Shown piece by piece: positions 20,143 through 33,199 of a stretch of DNA of 45,029 nucleotides. The notes beneath the pieces were generated by a model. That model made no database searches. It had not been told where the DNA came from and was given only the letters and a program-made list of their open reading frames with translations. Source of the stretch: Macrostomum lignano (lineage: Eukaryota); assembly GCA_002269645.1 (NCBI GenBank), contig NIVC01003545.1:1-45029 (forward strand), given 5' to 3'. A program made the position numbers and the translations under genes. Positions within the stretch are counted from its first letter, which is position 1. Each line of letters opens with the position of its first letter.

Positions 20143-23100
20143 AGTCTTGATGGCAGCTTAGCAGAGGGCTGAGAGTCTTGGTGACAGCTTAGCAGAGAGC
20201 TGAGAGTCTTGGTGGGAGCTTAGCAGAGGGCTGAGAGTCTTGATGGCAGCTTAGCAGAGGGCTGAGAGTCTTGGTGGCAGCTTAGCAGAGGGCTGAGAGT
20301 CTTGGTGACAGCTTAGCAGAGGGCTGAGAGTCTTGGTGGCAGCTTAGCAGAGGGCTGAGAGTCTTGATGGCAGCTTAGCAGAGGGCTGAGAGTCTTGATG
20401 GGAGCTTAGCAGAGGGCTGAGAGTCTTGGTGGGAGCTTAGCAGAGGGCTGAGAGTCTTGATGGGAGCTTAGCAGAGGGCTGAGAGTCTTGGTGGGAGCTT
20501 AGCAGAGGGCTGAGAGTCTTGGTGGGAGCTTAGCAGAGGGCTGAGAGTCTTGGTGGGAGCTTAGCAGAGGGCTGAGAGTCTTGATGGGAGCTTAGCAGAG
20601 GGCTGAGAGTCTTGATGGCAGCTTAGCAGAGGGCTGAGAGTCTTGATGGCAGCTTAGCAGAGGGCTGAGAGTCTTGGTGGCAGCTTAGCAGAGGCCTGAG
20701 AGTCTTGATGGGAGTTTAGCAGAGGGCTGAGAGTCTTGATGGCAGCTTAGCAGAGGGCTGAGAGTCTTGGTGGGAGCTTAGCAGAGGGCTGAGAGTCTTG
20801 ATGGCAGCTTAGCAGAGGGCTGAGAGTCTTGATGGGAGCTTAGCAGAGGGCTGAGAGTCTTGATGGGAGCTTAGCAGAGGGCTGAGAGTCTTGGTGGCAG
20901 CTTAGCAGAGGCCTGAGAGTCTTGATGGGAGCTTAGCAGAGGGCTGAGAGTCTTGATGGGAGCTTAGCAGAGGGCTGAGAGTCTTGGTGGGAGCTTAGCA
21001 GAGGGCTGAGAGTCTTGGTGGGAGCTTAGCAGAGGGCTGAGAGTCTTGATGGCAGCTTAGCAGAGGGCTGAGAGTCTTGGTGGGAGCTTAGCAGAGGGCT
21101 GAGAGTCTTGGTGGCAGCTTAGCAGAGGGCTGAGAGTCTTGATGGGAGCTTAGCAGAGGGCTGAGAGTCTTGGTGGCAGCTTAGCAGAGGGCTGAGAGTC
21201 TTGATGGGAGATTAGCAGAAGGTTAAATCTTGATGGGAGCTTAGCAGAGGGCTGAGAGTCTTGATGGCAGCTTAGCAGAGGGCTGAGAGTCTTGGTGGCA
21301 GCTTAGCAGAGGGCTGAGAGTCTTGGTGGCAGCTTAGCAGAGGGCTGAGAGTCTTGGTGGCAGCTTAGCAGAGGGCTGAGAGTCTTGGTGGCAGCTTAGC
21401 AGAGGGCTGAGAGTCTTGATGGGAGCTTAGCAGAGGGCTGAGAGTCTTGGTGGCAGCTTAGCAGAGGGCTGAGAGTCTTGATGGGAGATTAGCAGAAGGT
21501 TAAATCTTGATGGGAGCTTAGCAGAGGGCTGAGAGTCTTGATGGGAGCTTAGCAGAGGGCTGAGAGTCTTGGTGGCAGCTTAGCAAAGGGCTGAGAGTCT
21601 TGGTGGCAGCTTAGCAGAGGGCTGAGAGTCTTGATGGGAGCTTAGCAGAGGGCTGAGAGTCTTGGTGGCAGCTTAGCAGAGGGCTGAGAGTCTTGGTGGG
21701 AGCTTAGCAGAGGGCTGAGAGTCTTGATGGGAGCTTAGCAGAGGGCTGAGAGTCTTGGTGGCAGCTTAGCAGAGGGCTGAGAGTCTTGGTGGCAGCTTAG
21801 CAGAGGGCTGAGAGTCTTGGTGGCAGCTTAGCAGAGGGCTGAGAGTCTTGGTGGCAGCTTAGCAGAGGGCTGAGAGTCTTGATGGGAGCTTAGCAGAGGG
21901 CTGAGAGTCTTGGTGGCAGCTTAGCAGAGGGCTGAGAGTCTTGATGGGAGATTAGCAGAAGGTTAAATCTTGATGGGAGCTTAGCAGAGGCCTGAGAGTC
22001 TTGATGGCAGCTTAGCAGAGGGCTGAGAGTCTTGGTGGCAGCTTAGCAGAGGGCTGAGAGTCTTGGTGGCAGCTTAGCAGAGGGCTGAGAGTCTTGGTGG
22101 CAGCTTAGCAGAGGGCTGAGAGTCTTGGTGGCAGCTTAGCAGAGGGCTGAGAGTCTTGATGGCAGCTTAGCAGAGGGCTGAGAGTCTTGATGGGAGATTA
22201 GCAGAAGGTTAAATCTTGATGGGAGCTTAGCAGAGGCCTGAGAGTCTTGATGGCAGCTTAGCAGAGGGCTGAGAGTCTTGGTGGCAGCTTAGCAGAGGCC
22301 TGAGAGTCTTGATGGGAGCTTAGCAGAGGGCTGAGAGTCTTGGTGGCAGCTTAGCAAAGGGCTGAGAGTCTTGGTGGCAGCTTAGCAGAGGGCTGAGAGT
22401 CTTGATGGGAGCTTAGCAGAGGGCTGAGAGTCTTGGTGGCAGCTTAGCAGAGGGCTGAGAGTCTTGATGGGAGCTTAGCAGAGGGCTGAGAGTCTTGATG
22501 GGAGCTTAGCAGAGGGCTGAGAGTCTTGGTGGGAGCTTAGCAGAGGGCTGAGAGTCTTGGTGGCAGCTTAGCAGAGGGCTGAGAGTCTTGGTGGCAGCTT
22601 AGCAGAGGGCTGAGAGTCTTGGTGGGAGCTTAGCAGAGGGCTGAGAGTCTTGATGGGAGCTTAGCAGAGGGCTGAGAGTCTTGGTGGGAGCTTAGCAGAG
22701 GGCTGAGAGTCTTGGTGGAAGCTTAGCAGAGGGCTGAGAGTCTTGATGGGAGCTTAGCAGAGGGCTGAGAGTCTTGGTGGCAGCTTAGCAGAGGGCTGAG
22801 AGTCTTGATGGGAGCTTAGCAGAGGGCTGAGAGTCTTGGTGGCAGCTTAGCAGAGGGCTGAGAGTCTTGGTGGGAGCTTAGCAGAGGGCTGAGAGTCTTG
22901 ATGGGAGCTTAGCAGAGGGCTGAGAGTCTTGGTGGCAGCTTAGCAAAGGGCTGAGAGTCTTGGTGGCAGCTTAGCAGAGGGCTGAGAGTCTTGATGGGAG
23001 CTTAGCAGAGGGCTGAGAGTCTTGGTGGCAGCTTAGCAGAGGGCTGAGAGTCTTGGTGGCAGCTTAGCAGAGGGCTGAGAGTCTTGGTGGGAGCTTAGCA

Positions 23101-23322
23101 GAGGGCTGAGAGTCTTGATGGGAGCTTAGCAGAGGGCTGAGAGTCTTGGTGGGAGCTTAGCAGAGGGCTGAGAGTCTTGGTGGAAGCTTAGCAGAGGGCT
23201 GAGAGTCTTGATGGGAGCTTAGCAGAGGGCTGAGAGTCTTGGTGGAAGCTTAGCAGAGGGCTGAGAGTCTTGATGGGAGCTTAGCAGAGGGCTGAGAGTC
23301 TTGGTGGCAGCTTAGCAGAGGG
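20141..23322. repeat. Satellite A large array (31-bp unit GAGAGTCTTGATGGGAGCTTAGCAGAGGGCT), ~100 copies
   Basis: Tandem copies with GAT/GGT and GGA/GCA variants. Confidence 0.99.
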
Positions 23323-24167
23323 ACTTGCAGCGACCATAAGTGAGGCGCAAATGAGCTGAGACAGACTAAATGAGCTGAGATTGCTGGTTTTGACTGCTGT
23401 AATAGAATGCCCAAAAATGTAGAAAGGCGCAAGTTTAAAACGAAAATCTACGGAATATCGAAAACGAAAATCGAATGTTTATTTGATGCAAACAACAACT
23501 GAGTGAAGGCCTATTGAATTGGCAACAATTTAATAATCGGTTATCCGTTATCAATATTTTAGGAATAAAAAAGGAAAAATCGCATGGAAATAAAAAACAA
23601 TCTTGTTGCAGTTGTTTGTATATTCTTTATTACGAGCGTAGTGTCGTTGCATAAAACGTAATCTCCCATATTAAATTTGTGCGCAGGGAATTCTGAACGA
23701 CACTAATAATCAACGATGGTTCTTGTACTCCGAAATTCGGTTCAGTATTAAACACGTATTTCATCAAAACGTACCACCATTCCCGTGAAAGTTTTAATAT
23801 GAAGCTTCAAAATGCCCTTTGCACAAAATCTGATTTCTTGGCGCTATACGGACAGTGCAAAATGAATTAAAATCAAAACACGAGTAGAAAGCAATGCTAG
23901 AGACAAATAATTCGTTTTTAATAATAAAGACGTTCGTCAAATTCAAATTCAACACCTTCTAAACGCCGGATTCGCAAGCTTCTCTCAGAACTCAAATAGC
24001 AATTTTGACGCAGCTTCGATTTCGATAAAACTGAACGAACAAAACTGCAGGATCTGAGGAGGTGCAGCAGAGGGGTAAAAAATTGAAATGAAAAACGTCG
24101 TACCGAGAAAATATGCAACAGTTTGTCCTCATTGTGGACTGAGTCAGCAGGTGATCGCGAAGGCCAC

Positions 24168-26019
24168 TCAGAAACCAATGCGGATGTAATAATCGTACTG
24201 GCAGTGTCGTTTAAAAGTTTCAGAGCAGCAAAACAGCACCAGTGCGTTAGCCTGCAGTGACTCTGTCAGCTCGATAAGCTCCTTTTCGATCGAATCCCAA
24301 TTTTTCTCGTCCTGCATCATCTTTGCAGTCCGATTCAACACGTATCTCACATAGGCATCCAACGCCTTGATTAGCGAGCGGAATTCATTGTGCACTGGTT
24401 TGGTAGCGACCAAGTTCATAAAATTCGGTGTTAGGCCGCGCAGCCTTGCGAAGGCAGCTCGCAGTATTTTGTCAGCACTGTCTGGCCCCACCAGGGACTC
24501 GGCCAACTTGGTTATCTCATCGCGCAGGTTCAGCAGCTGCTGGTTGATTTCCAGGGCGTTCGGTAATTCCTTCACCAAATTCGCATCCCGAAACTCATTC
24601 AGACTCTTCTTTGAGCTCCTGTCTTTGAGGTCACTCAGCAGCTCCTTGGATTCCACTATGCTGTGTGTACCAACTAACACGCACCTGAGCGTTCTACTGC
24701 TAGCGCACTCGGTCCATTGAGCTGGCACTCGCTCACTTAACGGAAAGCCGGGCTCAAATAGGCGCATCTGCTCCTCGGAGATTCTGCCAACTGCCTGTGC
24801 AACTTCCAGCAATTTCGATCCCTCGGAACTCGGAACTGGATCCAAAGGAATTGCAGGCAACCTGTCGGAAAGCTCAAACACTACGTAAGCCTGTTCGAGT
24901 AGAGCAGTTGAGATGTTCTTTGACTCTAGGATTTCCGTGCTCATCTCCTTGGAGCACATTGCATTATAGTACTGCATTAGTTGCTCAGAGCGATCGCGCC
25001 GCCTCTTGGTCTGATGACGGAAATCACTTAGCTTTCCAAGCTGTTCGTGCAACGGAATTGAGTCATTTACGAACTTCTCCAGTTTTTTGGTCAAGGATAG
25101 AACAACGCTGTCCGGGCTTCTGCTTTTCGGCGGGAATTTCTGACGAATCATGAGACTCTCTTTGCTTGTTTTCGAAATCTTCTCAAGAGTATCTGCGTGC
25201 GGCTTCAGCTCCATGCTTAGACTCGTGGCTTCACCCTTAGTTGTCAGGTCCAATTCCGGTTCTTGAATAAAAGCCGCCAGGACGTCTTCACCAGCTTTCG
25301 CTCGGTCTGCGTAAGTCAGAAACAGCTTGCATTTCTCTTTTACTGTTTCGTAGTCGATCCATCTTGTTCGTAGCGCCTTCAGCGATGCAACTATGTTCAT
25401 GACGCTCTGGCTGCTAGATTTGCTCAGCCCTTGAATGAGGAGGTCCCAGTCTTGCTCTATGGAATTCATTAATTCCTTGATGTCTTTACGAGTGGATTTT
25501 ATGTCACAAACAATGCAATGGAGCTCGAAGGCGAAGTCAGGAAGACACTTGGCGCGCAAAGAGAGGTCCTTTACAGCAGTCAATACTGAACAGATTGCGT
25601 TGTTTGCTCTGTCCGGATGCCACGAACGTTTCGACTCGTCGCTCAGACGTTTGGCAATCTTTTGCGGCTGAATTACTCTGGTGTTATAAACAGTAGCAAC
25701 TTCTTTCTGCAATGACGTGCCCACAGTCATGAAAATTCTCGCCGCAGAAAGTGTCAGAAATGGCGCATAGGCCCTGGTGTTTATCGTCTGCTGAGCCCAG
25801 TTATTCATGGCATCGGGCTTGTCAATATTTTCATCGAAGAGCGCCACCACACAGATCCGGCCTTCGCCTTTTGCTTCAAGCGGCAGCAGAAGGCTGATGC
25901 TGACGCCCACCGACGTGCAATTCTCGCTGGTCAGCTGTTCGTAGAAGCCTTTCTGCAGGTCTGGCTGACCCGCAGCTGCCATCCGCCTCCGCGGTTTCGC
26001 CTCCTGTTGCTCCGGTTTT
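24168..26019 (-). CDS. Exon 2 of uncharacterised ~792-aa alpha-helical protein (paralog 2)
   Basis: 604-aa ORF, open upstream to the conserved acceptor AATCTTTCGCAG| (26020/26019, phase 2). WHPDR is retained. Confidence 0.85.
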
Positions 26020-26184
26020 CTGCGAAAGATTTAACTTTTCATTTTGCTTAAAGCTGCATTTTTTTGCATAGACAACTGAGATAGAAGGAAATGCATTGTC
26101 TAGCAATGTGACGATCATTATTCACATTTTTAATGCAGAACAATCCATTACTGCAAGCAATGGATAAATAACCGGCGCTCGCCA

Positions 26185-26400
26185 GACAATCGTTGTCACG
26201 CACTGGACCACTGATTCTTTGCATTGTTTTTCTGTTTGACGATCCTACAGACAATGCATTGTTTGTAGTAATGGATTGTCCTGCATTAAAAATGTGAATA
26301 ATGATCGTCAAATTGCTAAACAATGCAATATCTGTAGGATCGTCAAACAGAAAAACAATGCAAAGAATCAGCGGTCGCAGCACGTGACAACGATTTGTCT
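26185..26400. repeat. Inverted-repeat insertion in the intron of paralog 2
   Basis: ~65-bp arms at 26185-26247 and 26330-26400. The core is an inverted copy of 26090-26160, and 26175-26218 recurs directly at ~26412-26458. Confidence 0.8.
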
Positions 26401-26896
26401 ATGGCTCGCCTAGCGGCGCTCGCCAGACAATCGTTGTCACGCACTGGGACCGCTGATTATTTATCCATTGGCCGGATAGTCTAATTTAGTTCTCTAGCAC
26501 TGTTTGCATCCTACGAGAAAGCATCTTCCAAGCTAGAAATTTAATGCGTTTTTATAAAATGGTACCAGCGAGTTCCGGCAAAATTACAGTTGTCTCTGTT
26601 GGGGCATTTTAGAGCTGATTTGAACGAAACACACTCGCTTCATTTTTTGACTTTGAAAGTCAAGACGGTGGAATTAGGTGAGGAGACATTGGGAGCTTAG
26701 TACTAAAACCCTGAAAATTCCCAATCTGGCCAATGCATTTTGCCATGAAGACTGCATCCTACCCAGTAGAATTGTTACAATCGACAGTCTTTTCAAAACA
26801 TAGCATAATGCATAAAGAGTATTTTCGTATGAAACCAATTCATCAAAAAGTGCGCACTACGATTAATGCATGACTAAAACAAAACACAAAACACAG

Positions 26897-29800
26897 TGTC
26901 TATCTCGCTAATAGTCACCCTGTCTGTCTAATGCTCTCCCTGTCTCTCTAATGCTCTCCCTGTCTCTCTAATGCTCTCCCTGTCTCTCTAATGCTCTCCC
27001 TGTCTCTCTAATGCTCTCCCTGTCTCTCTAATGCTCTCCCTGTCTCTCTAATGCTCTCCCTATCTCTCTAATGCTCTCCCTGTCTCTCTAATGCTCTCCC
27101 TGTCTCTCTAATGCTCTCCCTGTCTCTCTAATGCTCTCCCTGTCTCTCTAATGCTCTCCCTGTCTCTCTAATGCTCTCCCTGTCTCTCTAATGCTCTCCC
27201 TGTCTCTCTAATGCTCTCCCTGTCTCTCTAATGCTCTCCCTGTCTCTCTAATGCTCTCCCTGTCTCTCTAATGCTCTCCCTGTCTCTCTAATGCTCTCCC
27301 TGTCTCTCTAATGCTCTCCCTGTCTCTCTAATGCTCTCCCTGTCTCTCTAATGCTCTCCCTGTCTCTCTAATGCTCTCCCTGTCTCTCTAATGCTCTCGA
27401 TGTCTCTCTAATGCTCTCCCTGTCTCTCTAATGCTCTCCCTGTCTCTCTAATGCCCTCCCTGTCTCTCTAATAGCCACCCTGTCTCTCTAATAGCCACCC
27501 TGTCTGTCTAATGCTCTCCCTGTCTCTCTAATAGCCACCCTGTCTCTCTAATAGCCACCCTGTCTGTCTAATGCTCTCCCTGTCTCTCTAATGCTCTCCC
27601 TGTCTCTCTAATAGCCACCCTGTCTGTCTAATGCTCTCCCTGTCTCTCTAATAGCCACCCTGTCTGTCTAATGCTCTCCCTGTCTCGCTAATAGCCACCC
27701 TGTCTGTCTAATGCTCTCCCTGTCTCTCTAATACTCTCCCTGTCTCTCTAATGCTCTCCCTGTCTCTCTAATGCTCTCCCTGTCTCTCTAATGCTCTTCC
27801 TGTCTCGCTAATTGCAACGCTGTCTGTCTAATGCTCTCCCTGTCTCTCTAATGCTCTCCCTGTCTGTCTAATGCTCTCCCTGTCTGTCTAATGCTCTCCC
27901 TGTCTCTCTAATGCTCTCCCTGTCTCGCTAATAGCCACCCTGTCTGTCTAATGCTCTACCTGTCTGTCTAATGCTCTCCCTGTCTCTCTAATGCTCTCCC
28001 TGTCTGTCTAATGCTCTCCCTGTCTCTCTATTGCTCTCCCTGTCTCTCTAATGCTCTCCCTGTCTGTCTAATGCTCTCCCTGTCTCTCTAATGCTCTCCC
28101 TATCTCGCTAATAGCCACCCTGTCTGTCTAATGCTCTCCCTGTCTCTCTAATGCTCTCCCTGTCTCTCTAATGCTCTCCCTGTCTCTCTAATGCTCTCCC
28201 TGTCTCTCTAATGCTCTCCCTGTCTCTCTAACGCTCTCCCTGTCTCTCTAATGCTCTCCCTGTCTCTCTAATGCTCTCCCTGTCTCTCTAATGCTCTCCC
28301 TGTCTCTCTAATGCTCTCCCTATCTCGCTAATAGCCACCCTGTCTGTCTAATGCTCTCCCTGTCTCTCTAATGCTCTCCCTGTCTCTCTAATGCTCTCCC
28401 GGTCTCGCTAATAGCCACCCTGTCTGTCTAATGCTCTCCCAGTCTCTCTAATGCTCTCCCTGTCTCTCTAATGCTCTCCCTGTCTCTCTAATGCTCTCCC
28501 TGTCTCTCTAATGCTCTCCCTATCTCGCTAAAAGCCACCCTGTCTCTCTAATGCTCTCCCTATCTCGCTAATGCTCTCCCTGTCTCTCTAATAGCCACCC
28601 TGTCTGTCTAATGCTCTCCCTGTCTCTCTAATGCTCTCCCTGTCTCTCTAATGCTCTCCCTGTCTTTCTAATGCTCTCCCTGTCTCTAATGCTCTCCCTG
28701 TCTCTCTAATGCTCTCCCTGTCTCTCTAATAGCCACCCTGTCTCTCTAATGCTCTCCCTGTCTCTCTAATGCTCTCCCGGTCTCTCTAATACTCTCCCTA
28801 TCTCTCTAATGCTCTCCCTGTCTCTCTAATGCTCTCCCTGTCTTTCTAATGCTCTCCCTGTCTCTAATGCTCTCCTTTGTCTCTCTAATGCTCTCCCTGT
28901 CTCTCTAATGCTCTCCCGGTCTCGCTAATAGCCACCCTGTCTGTCTAATGCTCTCCCTATCTCTCTAATGCTCTCCCTGTCTCTCTAATGCTCTCCCTGT
29001 CTCTCTAATGCTCTCCCTGTCTCGCTAATAGCCACCCTGTCTGTCTAATGCTCTCCCTGTCTCTCTAATGCTCTCCCTGTCTCTCTAATGCTCTCCCTGT
29101 CTCTCTAATGCTCTCCCTGTCTCTCTAATGCTCTCCCTATCTCGCTAAAAGCCACCCTGTCTCTCTAATGCTCTCCGTATCTCGCTAATGCTCTCCCTGT
29201 CTCTCTAATAGCCACCCTGTCTGTCTAATGCTCTCCCTGTCTCTCTAATGCTCTCCCTGTCTCTCTAATGCTCTCCCTGTCTTTCTAATGCTCTCCCTGT
29301 CTCTAATGCTCTCCCTGTCTCTCTAATGCTCTCCCTGTCTCTCTAATAGCCACCCTGTCTCTCTAATGCTCTCCCTGTCTCTCTAATGCTCTCCCGGTCT
29401 CTCTAATACTCTCCCTATCTCTCTAATGCTCTCCCTGTCTCTCTAATGCTCTCCCTGTCTTTCTAATGCTCTCCCTGTCTCTAATGCTCTCCTTTGTCTC
29501 TCTAATGCTCTCCCTGTCTCTCTAATGCTCTCCCTGTCTCTCTAATAGCCACCCTGTCTGTCTAATGCTCTCCCTATCTCTCTAATGCTCTCCCTGTCTC
29601 TCTAATAGCCACCCTGTCTGTCTAATGCTCTCCCTATCTCTCTAATGCTCTCCCTGTCTCTCTAATAGCCACCCTGTCTCTCTAATAGCCACCCTGTCTG
29701 TCTAATGCTCTCCCTGTCTCTCTAATGCTCTCCCTGTCTCTCTAATACTCTCCCTATCTCGCTAATAGCCACCCTGTCTCTCTAATGCTCTCCCTGTCTC

Positions 29801-31375
29801 TCTAATGCTCTCCCGGTCTCTCTAATACTCTCCCTATCTCTCTAATGCTCTCCCTGTCTCTCTAATGCTCTCCCTGTCTTTCTAATGCTCTCCCTGTCTC
29901 TAATGCTCTCCTTTGTCTCTCTAATGCTCTCCCTGTCTCTCTAATGCTCTCCCGGTCTCGCTAATAGCCACCCTGTCTGTCTAATGCTCTCCCTATCTCT
30001 CTAATGCTCTCCCTGTCTCTCTAATGCTCTCCCTGTCTCTCTAATGCTCTCCCTGTCTCGCTAATAGCCACCCTGTCTGTCTAATGCTCTCCCTGTCTCT
30101 CTAATGCTCTCCCTGTCTCTCTAATGCTCTCCCTGTCTCTCTAATGCTCTCCCTGTCTCTCTAATGCTCTCCCTATCTCGCTAAAAGCCACCCTGTCTCT
30201 CTAATGCTCTCCGTATCTCGCTAATGCTCTCCCTGTCTCTCTAATAGCCACCCTGTCTGTCTAATGCTCTCCCTGTCTCTCTAATGCTCTCCCTGTCTCT
30301 CTAATGCTCTCCCTGTCTTTCTAATGCTCTCCCTGTCTCTAATGCTCTCCCTGTCTCTCTAATGCTCTCCCTGTCTCTCTAATAGCCACCCTGTCTCTCT
30401 AATGCTCTCCCTGTCTCTCTAATGCTCTCCCGGTCTCTCTAATACTCTCCCTATCTCTCTAATGCTCTCCCTGTCTCTCTAATGCTCTCCCTGTCTTTCT
30501 AATGCTCTCCCTGTCTCTAATGCTCTCCTTTGTCTCTCTAATGCTCTCCCTGTCTCTCTAATGCTCTCCCTGTCTCTCTAATAGCCACCCTGTCTGTCTA
30601 ATGCTCTCCCTATCTCTCTAATGCTCTCCCTGTCTCTCTAATAGCCACCCTGTCTGTCTAATGCTCTCCCTATCTCTCTAATGCTCTCCCTGTCTCTCTA
30701 ATAGCCACCCTGTCTCTCTAATAGCCACCCTGTCTGTCTAATGCTCTCCCTGTCTCTCTAATGCTCTCCCTGTCTCTCTAATACTCTCCCTATCTCGCTA
30801 ATAGCCACCCTGTCTGTCTAATGCTCTCCCAGTCTCTCTAATGCTCTCCCTGTCTCTCTAATGCTCTCCCTGTCTCTCTAATGCTCTCCCTGTCTCTCTA
30901 ATGCTCTCCCTGTCTCTCTAATGCTCTCCCTGTCTCTCTAATGCTCTCCCTGTCTCTCTAATAGCCACCCTGTCTGTCTAATGCTCTCCCTGTCTCTCTA
31001 ATGCTCTCCCTATCTCTCTAATGCTCTCCCTGTCTCTCTAATGCTCTCCCTGTCTCTCTAATGCTCTCCCTGTCTCTCTAATAGCCACCCTGTCTGTCTA
31101 ATGCTCTCCCTGTCTCTCTAATGCTCTCCCTGTCTCGCTAATAGCCACCCTGTCTCTCTGATGCTCACCCTGTCTCTCTAATGCTCACCTTAGTCTCTCT
31201 AATGCTCTCCCTGTCTCTCTAATGCTCTCCCTGTCTCTCTAATGCTCACCTTAGTCTCTCTAATGCTCTCCCTGTCTCTCTAATGCTCTCCCCGTCTCTC
31301 TAATGCTCACCCTTGTCTCTCTAATGCTCTCCCTGTCTCTCTAATGCCCTCCCCATCTCGCTATTAGTCACCCTG
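26897..31375. repeat. Satellite B array 3 (20-bp unit), ~220 copies, intronic, with higher-order repeats
   Basis: Tandem copies. Diagnostic variants recur at 617-bp and 1036-bp spacing. Confidence 0.99.
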
Positions 31376-31385
31376 TTTTTCTAAA

Positions 31386-31673
31386 AGGGGCGTAGGCAAC
31401 AGAAGATGTGGTGATGTATCCCCCGAACAGCCTAAAAAAGTTTTTAAGAAATCAGGTTTTTTACGGATGGCCAACCCCCCTTCGTATAAAATTTCTCTCC
31501 CTAGGGGCGGCCAATCCACCCCAAATAAATTTCGACTCTCCCTAGGGGCGGCCAATCCACCCCAAATAAATTTCGACTCTCCCTAGGGGCGGCCAATCCA
31601 CCCCAAATAAATTTCGACTCTCCCTAGGGGCGGCCTATTTCCCCTCTCAAGAAAATTTCAGGCTACGCGCCTG
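31386..31673. mobile_element. Short GGCGTAG / CTACGCGCCTG element (copy 2) containing a 41-bp tandem repeat
   Basis: Counterpart of 14821-14947 plus an internal expansion. Confidence 0.45.
31495..31635. repeat. 41-bp minisatellite (CTCTCCCTAGGGGCGGCCAATCCACCCCAAATAAATTTCGA), ~3.4 copies
   Basis: Copies start at 31495, 31536, 31577 and 31618. Confidence 0.95.
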
Positions 31674-31949
31674 CTCTCTACTGAATCTCCCTGTTTCTTC
31701 ATCAAGTTAAAGGAACTTGTAGGTTGAATCTCCTATCAGACACATAGCAGTCTCATATGCGTACTGGAATCTTGGAAGGAGAAATATTCACCATTTTTCG
31801 TGCTAAAATGTGAAAAATGAAAATCTCACAAACGCCTTTTTTGTTTAGCATCCAAATGAAATCCCGCTTGTTGTGTGCCTCTGGTTGGACAAAACATGAA
31901 TGCACATTTTATTCGGTAACGAAAGAAAAGCTTTTGTTTAAGAACTCAC

Positions 31950-32476
31950 CGTCTAGACCAGAACCTCACTGCCTCTTCGGGAACTTCAGACACGCGGCGG
32001 TAGATGCCCATGATGCTTTCGATGCGGGGCGTGCAGTAGACCAGGCAGCCGTAGACTTCGGCAGTAAAATGGTGGGTGCAGCTGGTGTCCGATAGGTTTT
32101 GGTGAATCAGAACAGTGCTGCACGGCATCGAGCTCAAGCGGTCTCGATATGCAGTGCGGCGTTCCATGTAGTGAAACACGTACTTGGCCACAATGCTCAG
32201 AGAATTGCTAAGACAAAGCTGTGGCAATTCTTTATCAGTTTCGTGATAATATCGAGTCCTGTTGATTGCCCTCACAATTCTCTCCTGAAAATGCGAGCGC
32301 TCCCCCTGGAGGAAGTTGTTAGTATCGCTGCGCCACAAACGTCGAAGAATTTTATCGTAGGTTTTTTTAGACACATCCGGCCTTGGGTCCACACAGTGCA
32401 GCGTTGCCTTCAGGCTGGCTGTGATTTTGGCCTCCAGCCGCTCTCTCTCGCTTCTCCAGGTGAGCTGCTCAGCCAT
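31950..32476 (-). CDS. Exon 1 of uncharacterised ~792-aa protein (paralog 2)
   Basis: CACCATGG start at 32476 and donor AGACG|GTGAGT (phase 2). 527+1852 = 2379 nt = 793 codons including the stop. Confidence 0.8.
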
Positions 32477-33199
32477 GGTGTGAGATTCGGGCGCCAAGCT
32501 CAGAACAGGCGGGCAGGCCTGTTTGCCGCTATAATATACCACAGTGTCTGCAGCTGGTGTCAACTTTTAGGCGATCAATATTTAGAAGCACTCACGACAG
32601 CACCCTCGATTCAACTTGTACTCTGTCTGAGGCCTGCCCAACCAATCATGTTGCTTCTCCAGTCATGCCCATCCACCTACTCGCAGACCCGCAGTCACAC
32701 AGGGTGTACAGTAGCCCTATAAACTGACTCATTCTCAGGAATGTACACAGCCAGACTTTCGGGGTTGGCCTTCATTGGCTTGAATCGTACGCCAAGCGCC
32801 TGCCACTCCTCATTTTGGTATTGAAAATGGCTGCACTGTTCACAATGAAATTGCATTTGTTACGATCTGGATCACTTGGCATGCTTCACTGGCTGCAGTT
32901 AAAATTTGATATTCTTGAGCTTCACTGAGGGTGATCGTGCCTGACCCCAAATGTACACTCAGCAGCAGTCAAAACCGCCACCCCAGAGAATAGGCAGTGC
33001 GATTGACTTCAGCTCACTACACTGCAATGACGCAAGGTTTTCCAGCTCTCGCTCAGGCACACTGGGTCTGGGGTGGCGGTTTTCACTATTGGTGAGTATA
33101 TTCGGACTGAGGCTGACCCCATAAAAATGCTAATCCGTGTCGCTGCTGTAGCGGCTCCATCCATTTATTAGACGATAGCCATGAATACTACTACTTATA

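Larger units (their letters stand above)
20141..33102. repeat. Segmental duplication, copy 2
   Basis: Colinear paralog of 7951-16192 with both satellite arrays larger. Confidence 0.95.

Noticed and set aside
20141-23322. CRISPR-like regular array of ~31-bp repeats (also the 41-bp repeats at 17219 and 31495)
   Set aside because: Units are head-to-tail with no unique spacers, there are no cas genes, and the context is eukaryotic.
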